From Candidatus Poribacteria bacterium (GTDB lineage: Bacteria > Poribacteria > WGA-4E > WGA-3G): DNA of 64,000 nucleotides. The position numbers and the translations under genes were made by a program. This document shows positions 50,324-58,828 of this stretch, piece by piece. The DNA lies in NCBI GenBank assembly GCA_964291315.2, contig OZ219753.1:2112001-2176000 (forward strand), read 5' to 3'. Under the pieces are notes generated by a model. It saw nothing but the letters and a program-made list of their open reading frames with translations. It had not been told where the DNA came from and ran no database searches. Numbering within the stretch: position 1 is the first letter of the stretch; each line of letters starts with the position of its first letter.

Positions 50324-52240
50324 CTAATCTGGTAGAATACGGTAGCCTGTGCTGACCCCAGTGATCATCCCGATGATTGCCCAGAGTCCTGCACATGTCA
50401 TCTCCCCGAGAACGAGACCGAGGAAAATTGGCCGCGCGGCCCGATACGCCTTCAACCCGCCATATTTCACGATGCTGAACTTCAGCCCCCAGCCTAGAAA
50501 TATTGAGAACCAGAGTTTGAACGTTGCCCAGGAGCTCAACATCGTGTAACCGAGCGGGTGCAGGGGCCACCACACAAAGGTTTGACGCATCCACATTAAC
50601 CAGACTGTGAAAGCGCTTCCAAAGAGCATAAACCCGGTATTTGTCCAATCCGTGCTGGTCTTTGGACTTGTAAGAAGACCTTCAAGCTGCCGCATGAACC
50701 AACTGCCGCCAGTATACGGAGCGCCGTGTGCATAACTGATTTTTATTGCAGAGTAGTAGGAAACAGCAAGTCCGATGACCATCGCAGCCGCCATTGCAAC
50801 CAGAAGTTGCCGTCGCTTAATGCGGGCATCGTCCGCCGCTTTCAAGCCGTTCATGATATTAGGCATCATAAATTCACGGAGATCCAACGTCAGACACACC
50901 GGATGCATCATCATGGAGGTCACCGTAGAGGGATGGATCTTTGAGGTACCGAGGGTTGTCAGGAAGAAGCTTTGCGGCGAGAAGGTCGGGTTGATGAACG
51001 GAATCCCACCGTTAATGACCTGCCACGTCAATAGGATATACATTGCAAGCAGGAATAGCACAAAACCGAACGCGAACAACAGCGACATTCCCATCAGATG
51101 ATTAAAAAACGCGAGTACACAGATACCGCCAAGTAACCCGAAAATCGTCACGCTATGCGGAAGGGGTTCATCAGAGGCTCGGAACTGAAGCATGTTTTTT
51201 ATGTGATGTCGCATCTTCCAGAGCGCAATAGCGCCAAATGCCAGACATGCCCCGGCCTCTTGCGATGCGCTAAATGACTTACCTGTCCACTGAACACCTG
51301 GCCCCGACGTGAGTTGGAAACCGAGCATTACCCCCAAAAGAGATTGTAATTTGTAGAAGAGAAAGAAAAACCAAATACTAAACGATACTTCTAGTGTCAG
51401 GAGGTAACTAAACCCTACCATGGACCAAAAAACGACGATCTGAAATGGGCGTAGAGCGCTCCATGGGCGTTCTGTGATATATTGGTTAAGCCAGAAATCG
51501 CGTGGAATATGTGGTGCGGCGGGGAAGAATGTGTGCAGACCGTTCATTGTATGCAGAAGCACCGGAAACGCAAACCCGAACCAGAGCGCACTGTTCTTAA
51601 AAAGCGGACCGAGACTACCACGCCCCTGCGCTGCCATCTCCACCGGCAACTTAACGAGGGGAAAAGCACAACGCTCGTATTCTACCCACTGTTTGCGGAG
51701 AAGCACAGAGAGACAGATCATCACAAAATAGACGACCAGCACGTAGGCACTCCACGTCAAGATCGGCGTTAGCCATGCCGCCCACGGCACAGATTCGCCT
51801 GCGAATAGGCCCTCAAAAAAGGAGCGGGCTGCTGTTTCGTCTTGAACCACTCGCCAGTGCGGAATATAGTGGTGGAATAACGATTCCCAATCGTTTTCCG
51901 GGGTGGCAAGATACTGATAAGCCACCATCGGGCTTAGCGCGTAACGCATCATCCCTGAAGATGGAATCCCTGCAGGGGCAAGCATGATACACCAGATTGT
52001 GACCAGTTCTCCGGTTGAGAACGCCGAGGCAGGATGGACCCGTTTCAGGATAACATTGATGCCTAACACAAAAAACGTCAAGACAAAGAAAGGCCCGACA
52101 GGGAAATGTCCGCCTGCAAGGAAAATGTTGCGGATGACGTAATCGTTATAAGGGGCGAGAAGACATTCAGTTGTGGCACATACCAAACCGATCAGCACTG
52201 CACGCCACGTGAGACTATTCCGGGCTTGTCGCTCAATCAA
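50324..52240 (-). CDS. DUF6785/DUF6784-like polytopic membrane protein (putative peptide transporter)
   Basis: TWRAVLIG, LRKQWVEYERCAFPL, WWPLHPLGY, KYGG, PIFLGLVLGE. Confidence 0.75.
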   Translation of the reverse strand: MIERQARNSLTWRAVLIGLVCATTECLLAPYNDYVIRNIFLAGGHFPVGPFFVLTFFVLGINVILKRVHPASAFSTGELVTIWCIMLAPAGIPSSGMMRYALSPMVAYQYLATPENDWESLFHHYIPHWRVVQDETAARSFFEGLFAGESVPWAAWLTPILTWSAYVLVVYFVMICLSVLLRKQWVEYERCAFPLVKLPVEMAAQGRGSLGPLFKNSALWFGFAFPVLLHTMNGLHTFFPAAPHIPRDFWLNQYITERPWSALRPFQIVVFWSMVGFSYLLTLEVSFSIWFFFLFYKLQSLLGVMLGFQLTSGPGVQWTGKSFSASQEAGACLAFGAIALWKMRHHIKNMLQFRASDEPLPHSVTIFGLLGGICVLAFFNHLMGMSLLFAFGFVLFLLAMYILLTWQVINGGIPFINPTFSPQSFFLTTLGTSKIHPSTVTSMMMHPVCLTLDLREFMMPNIMNGLKAADDARIKRRQLLVAMAAAMVIGLAVSYYSAIKISYAHGAPYTGGSWFMRQLEGLLTSPKTSTDWTNTGFMLFGSAFTVWLMWMRQTFVWWPLHPLGYTMLSSWATFKLWFSIFLGWGLKFSIVKYGGLKAYRAARPIFLGLVLGEMTCAGLWAIIGMITGVSTGYRILPD

Positions 52241-52323
52241 TTTTGACCTTTCCTATTTCTATGCTTCGAGGCTTTCCGTAAGTATACCACACTTCTGCTG
52301 TTTCCGTTTAAAAAATAACGTGC

Positions 52324-52352
52324 TTGACGCATTGGATATTTTATGCTATACT
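52324..52352 (+). promoter_or_regulatory. Sigma70 promoter upstream of the collapsed FGE paralog
   Basis: TTGACG-N17-TATACT with extended -10 TG. Confidence 0.7.
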
Positions 52353-52591
52353 GTTAACAACGTATAAAATAGAGAGAAGGAAGTAATCCATGAAAGTTTT
52401 AGATACTGATACTTCCGTTGAAATGTCGAGAGGATTTAGCGAATATTACCTGCCGCGGTTCCCTAAGTATCGGCTAAGTCCTGTTGTCGGCTTATTTTTT
52501 AATAAGCATCACCCTCTCCATTCATTAACTTCAAAAATAAAAAGCAATAAATATACATCTGTGTATCTTCACAGATAAAAGGAGAGACAAC

Positions 52592-52999
52592 ATGCGAAAA
52601 ACAATATTGGCTCTGACAACGCTCGTCGCACTCATATTTGTGAGTGTTCCGTTCGCGGCAGCAGAATGGCAAGAGAGCATGGTAACCAATAACACGCTCG
52701 AAGAAATCTATGTGATCAAGAGCACCTGGCATGCAGCAGATGATAACAAAAACATCCCCACAGGGTTCCGGACCCGCGGCTCTTACCGCATCCCTCCCGG
52801 GAAGTCCAGGATTTTCCATTCCTGGGACACCAACAGCATCTATTTCCGTATTTCAAACGCAGAGCATGCGATAAAAGCGAACAGCGGCACCGCCGCTTTT
52901 GCGTTCTGTCTGGGCTCATCCGAATCGCTCCTTTCGCGTCGTCTCACAGACGCTCGATACCTCTACGGGTTCCGTTGTGCAAGGTCAGTTTCTCCTTGA
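52592..52999 (+). pseudogene. Internally deleted paralog of the FGE-domain secreted proteins
   Basis: Leader and first ~105 codons match 41986-43866; a 4-bp TCTG duplication near 52906-52912 shifts frame; homology stops at ~52964 and jumps to YGFRCARSVSP-stop. Confidence 0.85.
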
Positions 53000-53138
53000 A
53001 ACTTTATTGCCGAACGCCTTTTATCTTGAGATAAATCGCTGAAAGGCACTGAAGCTACAAATTACTTGTTCACTGTAGGGAGGAAACGCTGATTTTCGCC
53101 GACATCATAGATGCGAAGTGTGCTATAATAGTGATCTA

Positions 53139-53226
53139 GGGGGAACGACAGCGGATAAATATCCAGCGAATGGTTATGGATCGCATCGACTTTGGGTTTC
53201 GTTGTGTGAGGCGTGTATATCGTTGA
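53139..53226 (+). pseudogene. Collapsed FGE-domain remnant
   Basis: Encodes GGTTADKYPANGYG then, in another frame, IDFGFRCVRRVYR-stop; 53194-53233 matches 54140-54179 at 39/40 nt. Confidence 0.75.
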
Positions 53227-53302
53227 ACCTTTACTATTTAACACTACCGCTGTTATGCAAGTGGGGTGGACTTAACAATTAATAGATGAAATGAGGTGAA
53301 AT

Positions 53303-54172
53303 ATGTTTAAATGGAAATCGCTAGTTGTTACTTTATCGGGCATCGTTTTTTGTATAGGCATACTTCAAGCGGAAGAGACGGAGACAGACAGAGATATCTC
53401 TGCAGAATTGGCCCCTGCGGGCATGGTATTGATCCCAGCGGGTACATTTCAGATGGGTAGCAACAGTGGTGGCGGCAATGAAAGTCTTGTTCATTCTGTA
53501 TCTATAGATGCGTTTTATATGGATACGCATGAGGTGACGAATGCAGACTATGCGGCGTTTCTGAATGCAGAAGGCAAACATACCGATGCTGGCCATACGT
53601 GGTTGGATATTGCGGATGGCGATGTGCACATTGCGTTAGTAGACGGCGCGTATCGTGCGAAATCGGGGCATGAGAATCATCCTGTTGTTGAGGTGAGCTG
53701 GTATGGTGCGATGGCGTATGCTGCGTGGGCGGGCAAGCGGCTGCCGACCGAGGCGGAGTGGGAGTATGCTGCACGCGGCGGCAAGCCTGGTCTGAAGTAT
53801 CCGTGGGGAAACACTATTGACAGTACACACGCGAACTACGGCAATAAAGTAGGGGGGACAACGGCAGTAGGTAAATATACAACGAATGGGTATGGTCTGT
53901 ATGATATGATAGGGAATGTTTGGGAATGGTGCTTAGATGAGTATAATGAGAATTTCTATGCAAGCTCTCCTGACCGGAACCCGCTATCGGGTGCATCTAG
54001 CATTAAGTGGTTATTAGACAACTGCACAAAAGTCAAGTCTTACCGCGTCTTGCGTGGCGGCTCCTGGCTCGATACAGCACTGGACGTGTGGGTCACCACC
54101 CGCTACAGCTATAGGCCAGCGGTCACACACGACATCGTCGGGTTTCGTTGTGTGAGGCATGTATATCGTTGA
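53303..54172 (+). CDS. Secreted single-domain FGE-sulfatase (CLec-fold) protein
   Basis: RBS gaggtg, signal peptide, RLPTEAEWEYAARGG, GNVWEW, RGGSW...GFRC; no catalytic Cys pair. Confidence 0.92.
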   Translation: MFKWKSLVVTLSGIVFCIGILQAEETETDRDISAELAPAGMVLIPAGTFQMGSNSGGGNESLVHSVSIDAFYMDTHEVTNADYAAFLNAEGKHTDAGHTWLDIADGDVHIALVDGAYRAKSGHENHPVVEVSWYGAMAYAAWAGKRLPTEAEWEYAARGGKPGLKYPWGNTIDSTHANYGNKVGGTTAVGKYTTNGYGLYDMIGNVWEWCLDEYNENFYASSPDRNPLSGASSIKWLLDNCTKVKSYRVLRGGSWLDTALDVWVTTRYSYRPAVTHDIVGFRCVRHVYR

Positions 54173-54257
54173 ACCTTTAGCCGGTGGAACGTTTGAAGTT
54201 AAGGTGTGTTATACCAATAACTTGCAAGTCTATAAGCGCCTCATCCCCCGGTTTTCC

Positions 54258-55445
54258 TTACCAATCTGCCCTTCGATCAGTCCAGGGATGTGCTTTGGCA
54301 ACCGCCTCGTTGAGTTCGGTGCCCCATCCGGGACGCGTTGCGATTTTCATGCAGCCGTCCACAATGTCTGGCGTGTGCGTGGTTAGCTCGTCTTTCCAGG
54401 GCACATCGTCTATATCAATTTCCATAATACGGACGTTAGGTAGGACTGCACAGAGGCTTGCACTCATGTGAGTAGCGAGATGGCTGTAGTAATTGTGCGG
54501 TGCGACGTTGAGTTGAAACACATTTGCTAGGTCTCCGATCTTCTTTGAAGGGGCGAACCCGTTCCACGGCACATCTATCATGAAAATATCAGCGGCCCGG
54601 CGTTCGAAATACGGGAGATACTCGCGCATGTAATAAAGGTTTTCACCGGTGCATACTTTCGTGCTTGTGGAATCTTTGATTTGACGGATAGCCTCGGGGT
54701 CGTACATATCAATTTCCAGCCATAACATGTCGAACTGTTCAAGCGCTTTAGCGATCCGCATGCACGCCTCTGGCTTAAAATTGAAATTTAGATCCAGATT
54801 GATACCGATGTCGGGGCCGACCGCCTCTCTAAAGGTGCCGATTAGAGTTTCGATGTGTCGTAGAGTTTGAGGTGTTACGTTACCATCCGTTGTCCCGGGG
54901 CCGCCGCCGAAACCGCTGAAATGGACAGATGCCGGGTCTCCGGGAAAAATGATGTTGGTTTTGAGAGCGGTGAAGCCTCTTTCTACTACCTCGCGACCTA
55001 GCTCCGCGATGTCTTCCATCGTTCTGAGAGGTGGAACCCCGATGAGTTCATAGTTACGGGCGCGCGAGCTCCCGCAGTGCGACCAGTAGACCCGTACATC
55101 ATCACGTGTTGGTCCCCCGAACAATTCGACAACGGAGATCCCTAAAGCTTTCGCTTTAATATCTATCAGTGCGCACTCGATTCCCGCGATGGCTTTTGCA
55201 ACGATTCCGCCAGGGCTCTGCCGAGAGCCGCGAATCATATCCCAAAACCGCATTTCATAAGGGCGCGGGTCGCGTCCGATGAGTAGGGGTGTGAAGTCCT
55301 TGATAGTTCCGACCACGCCGTTAGGATTTCGCCCGTCGCTGCATTCGCCGTAGCCGGTGATCCCTTCGGCTGTTTCCACTTTAACGAAGGTCCAGGGCCT
55401 CCATCCTGCGTCCACAATAAATGTTTCTATTTTTGTAATTTTCAT
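54258..55445 (-). CDS. Mandelate racemase/galactonate dehydratase-like enolase superfamily protein
   Basis: MKITKIET, FVKVET..GYGE, DIKAKALG, TGENLY, APHN, PGWG. Confidence 0.9.
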   Translation of the reverse strand: MKITKIETFIVDAGWRPWTFVKVETAEGITGYGECSDGRNPNGVVGTIKDFTPLLIGRDPRPYEMRFWDMIRGSRQSPGGIVAKAIAGIECALIDIKAKALGISVVELFGGPTRDDVRVYWSHCGSSRARNYELIGVPPLRTMEDIAELGREVVERGFTALKTNIIFPGDPASVHFSGFGGGPGTTDGNVTPQTLRHIETLIGTFREAVGPDIGINLDLNFNFKPEACMRIAKALEQFDMLWLEIDMYDPEAIRQIKDSTSTKVCTGENLYYMREYLPYFERRAADIFMIDVPWNGFAPSKKIGDLANVFQLNVAPHNYYSHLATHMSASLCAVLPNVRIMEIDIDDVPWKDELTTHTPDIVDGCMKIATRPGWGTELNEAVAKAHPWTDRRADW

Positions 55446-55456
55446 GGAGGGTCTCC

Positions 55457-56458
55457 TTATAGTCTGACAATTTCTCTTCGCCGATGCGATTCAAGAAGGG
55501 CATCACAGATACGGATTGTGTTCACTGCCACATCCGGCCACTGAGATTCAAGATTACCAGACTGCACGATCTGAGAAAACTTTTCAATCATCGCGACTTC
55601 CTGAATACACCTGTCAACAGTGTTTCGTTCATTGCCGTCGGGTCCATGAACCCAGAATCGGGCGGTGTCTTCAGAGAGGGGGACGGTGAAGTCGTCACAG
55701 ACAACCGAGGCGCGCGTGCCAGCCACCTCGAACCATTTCCGAAGTCCCGTATCAAATCCGCAATCCAAGGTAGCGATGCGTTCATCACTGAACCAAAGGA
55801 GACCTGCAACGTTAAAATCCACGTCCGCCTTGTAGCGTGCCGTTGCGAAAACCTGTGTCGGTATATCCTCAAATGCCCAGAGAATTGCGCGGACGCAGTA
55901 GTAACCTAAGTCGCCGAGGCTACCGCCTGCGAATTCCCTCATTACCCGGATATTGCCGGCAGGAATTGTGTCCCAATTGAAAGTGAACGCAGCGGTCACC
56001 CGACGGAGTCTGCCAAGAGTACCCGACGTTAGTTTCCGTTTCATCTGCGTTGTTCTTTCATGATGAACCCACATGACCCCGTCCATCAGTTGCACGTCGT
56101 TTCGGCGGCAGGCATCAGCCATCGCCACGGCCTCGTTAGCATTTGCAGCGATCGGTTTTTCGCAGAGGACATGCTTGCCGTATTCTGCTGCTCTGATTGT
56201 CCACTCGGCATGGAGCGAAGGGGGCAAAGGGATATAGACAGCATCTAGCGATTCGTCTGTGAGAAGCGCTTCGTAGGTGCCGTAAGACGTGGGAACATTG
56301 TGGTTTTTTGCCCAAGCTGCAGCGCGTTTTTTCGTTCGACTCGCGACCGCAACTAAATCGGCGTTTTCGGCGAGATGAATGGCGCGAGCAACCTTTGTGG
56401 CGATATTCGCTGTGCTGAGAATTCCCCAGCGGACAGGCGGTTTGGTTTCAATTGTCAT
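55457..56458 (-). CDS. Gfo/Idh/MocA family oxidoreductase
   Basis: RWGILSTANIA, KHVLCEKP, GGSLGDLGYY. Confidence 0.93.
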   Translation of the reverse strand: MTIETKPPVRWGILSTANIATKVARAIHLAENADLVAVASRTKKRAAAWAKNHNVPTSYGTYEALLTDESLDAVYIPLPPSLHAEWTIRAAEYGKHVLCEKPIAANANEAVAMADACRRNDVQLMDGVMWVHHERTTQMKRKLTSGTLGRLRRVTAAFTFNWDTIPAGNIRVMREFAGGSLGDLGYYCVRAILWAFEDIPTQVFATARYKADVDFNVAGLLWFSDERIATLDCGFDTGLRKWFEVAGTRASVVCDDFTVPLSEDTARFWVHGPDGNERNTVDRCIQEVAMIEKFSQIVQSGNLESQWPDVAVNTIRICDALLESHRRREIVRL

Positions 56459-56638
56459 ATTGCTCCGTCTAAAATTCTAACGATTAAATTCACTATTAAA
56501 TATATCGCACAACTGAAAATTGATCAAGTACATAGAACAGATGCCATGTTGGTTTTAACTTGAATTTTGGGGCGTAACTGTTATCATAAGAAGGTCGCAA
56601 AATGATAGAGGTTTCGCGTACTTCGGATAGCTGAAAAG

Positions 56639-57520
56639 ATGAGAAATTTGCAAAATTCACTGGACCAATTTTATACGAAACCAGAAGTCGCTGCAGCGTG
56701 TTGGGAGCATCTCACCGACACGCTTTCAACCCTGAACCGAAACTACAACGCCCTTTTTTTTATAGAGCCCGCTGCTGGCACGGGAGCGTTTTACAAACTT
56801 TTACCGCCACAGAGACGGTTAGGCATAGATCTCGTTCCGAAATGCGGGGGCGTAAAAATTCAAGACTTTTTTAACGTCACCACGCTGCCGTTTCTCCGCA
56901 AAGAGACTGTTGTTATTGGCAACCCGCCATTTGGCAAACGCGGAAAATTAGCGATAGCCTTCTTTAACCATGCCTCTGATTTAGCAGATCTTGTCGCGTT
57001 TATTCTCCCTGTCAATTTTCGCAAATTTACCGTTCACAAACAGCTTAACATGAGCATGCGTTTTATCAGCAAGCTATCACTTCCAAGAGAGGCGTTTCAC
57101 CTTGATACAGGCAAACCTTATTCGGTAAATACAGAATTTCAGATATGGACCCGTTTAGCGAGCACACACCGCAACATGCGAGCGTATGAACGTTTGCCGA
57201 TCTACCATCAAGACTTTCAGATGTGGCAGTACAATAACACACGAGGTGCCTTGAAGGTTTTCCAAAATACTTTCGACTTTGCCGTGCCATGTCAGGGGTG
57301 GCAAGATTATTCTCGTAGAGAGACAGATGAAAAGCAGTGTGAACGAAATAAGCAGTGGATGCTTTTCAAAGCAAAAAATTCCACTATTTTAAGCCGTTTA
57401 ATGGAGCTCGACTATGAACGTTTGGCACAGGAGTGTGCTACGGCTGTCCCGGGTTTTCGAAAGGGGGATCTTGTGAAAGCGTACGTAGAGTGCTATGAAC
57501 GTCTGAACTGTGATCCGTGA
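56639..57520 (+). CDS. Solitary N6-adenine DNA methyltransferase (gamma order)
   Basis: LDQFYT (motif X), FIEPAAGTGAF (motif I), VIGNPPF (motif IV). Confidence 0.8.
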   Translation: MRNLQNSLDQFYTKPEVAAACWEHLTDTLSTLNRNYNALFFIEPAAGTGAFYKLLPPQRRLGIDLVPKCGGVKIQDFFNVTTLPFLRKETVVIGNPPFGKRGKLAIAFFNHASDLADLVAFILPVNFRKFTVHKQLNMSMRFISKLSLPREAFHLDTGKPYSVNTEFQIWTRLASTHRNMRAYERLPIYHQDFQMWQYNNTRGALKVFQNTFDFAVPCQGWQDYSRRETDEKQCERNKQWMLFKAKNSTILSRLMELDYERLAQECATAVPGFRKGDLVKAYVECYERLNCDP

Positions 57521-57582
57521 GATTACCAAATGGGCCGTGATCATAGCGCATCTTAACATCACAAGAATCCCGGTTCAGAGGT

Positions 57583-58779
57583 CTACCCGAATCGTTCAGG
57601 GCGATAGGGTGCGAACCACTCGACTTGCACACGATCCATAATTTCCAAGGTTGCCATTTCACCCACTAAAGGTGCTAACGTTACGCCGCTGTGCATCAGG
57701 GCGATATATAGGTTCGGAACGGTTTTTGTAAATCCGATTACCGGAAACCCGTCGATCGGCATCGGACGATAACCGACGGGAGTTGGAATTGCTTTCGAAT
57801 CTTTTATCGCCGGTAGATAGGTTTTGGCGCGCGTGAGGAGCAGGTCGGCGTGCCGCTGCGAATCATCACGATTTATGCCTTCTTGGGTCCCCTGCCCGAT
57901 TCTAAGAGACCCGTCAGCTAATTGCCGCAAATGGAGATGTTGAAGCCCTTCACCTGTCGGCGGAGCGTGGATAATTGCTACGTTCTGTAGAACCTTAGTA
58001 CAAGCTGTTGTCTTAATAACAATACCCGGACTTCGTTGCTGTGGGATATACGTTTCTACTAAGGAGGCGAGCTCCGTCGTTTGAGCTCCACTTGCTAAAA
58101 TAACAGAATCACATGGCAATACGGTAGTGTGGGTCTTGACAGCAGTGATGTTCCCGTTGCGAATGACGAAGCCCGTGACTTCAGTATGAGGGCGTACAAC
58201 GGCTCCTAACTCACAGGCTCGCTGGAGACAAACCTCAATGAACTTGTTCACCTCAATATGGATATCCGCTTCGGAGATAGAGGCGGCTAGCACGTCCCCG
58301 GGGTGTAGATGCGGTTCAAGTGCCAACATCTCGTTACGAGTGATGAGTCGGCACGGATAGCCCCAGGTCTGTATCTGCTGAATACGTTGACGAAGCTGTG
58401 CGGCGCGCTGCGGATTGTTCTCCCACCGCATTTCACCTCCGCAATGTATACCGATGTCGGCATCAAATTGATGGGCTAGGCGATACCACATATCCAACGC
58501 TCGGCGGTTGAGCGTGTGATATTCACGCGGATCTTTTCCAAACGCATTTACCCAGGCAAAAGAATGTCCTGATGCTCCTGCCCCGGGGGTGTCGCGTTCC
58601 AGAAGCGTTACTGCAACATTGCTGCGTCGGGATAGGTGGTACCCTAACGTTGCACCTATGATACCGGAGCCAACTATCACTATTCTTTTTTTCTTGTTAT
58701 TGGGCGAAAGATTGGAATTTCTGTTTGTCAATTTTTGCCGAACCTGACGAAAACCACTAGGAGATAGAGTACTCGCCAC
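57583..58779 (-). CDS. FAD-dependent oxidoreductase (DAO/glycine oxidase family)
   Basis: IVGSGIIG, GASGHS, GYRPMPIDGFPVIG, HSGVTLAP; start uncertain. Confidence 0.9.
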   Translation of the reverse strand: MASTLSPSGFRQVRQKLTNRNSNLSPNNKKKRIVIVGSGIIGATLGYHLSRRSNVAVTLLERDTPGAGASGHSFAWVNAFGKDPREYHTLNRRALDMWYRLAHQFDADIGIHCGGEMRWENNPQRAAQLRQRIQQIQTWGYPCRLITRNEMLALEPHLHPGDVLAASISEADIHIEVNKFIEVCLQRACELGAVVRPHTEVTGFVIRNGNITAVKTHTTVLPCDSVILASGAQTTELASLVETYIPQQRSPGIVIKTTACTKVLQNVAIIHAPPTGEGLQHLHLRQLADGSLRIGQGTQEGINRDDSQRHADLLLTRAKTYLPAIKDSKAIPTPVGYRPMPIDGFPVIGFTKTVPNLYIALMHSGVTLAPLVGEMATLEIMDRVQVEWFAPYRPERFG

Positions 58780-58828
58780 AGAACCTAGTAAGATGGTGCC
58801 TATGTTTAAAATTTAATACATAAAAAAA

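Noticed and set aside
24667-54172. Complete DGR (RT, Avd, template repeat) in the window
   Set aside because: No ORF with RT motifs and no AAC-rich non-coding copy of a variable region found by eye; only target-like features are reported.
24667-54172. FGE-domain proteins as true formylglycine-generating enzymes
   Set aside because: All lack the catalytic Cys pair after RGGS and carry signal peptides.
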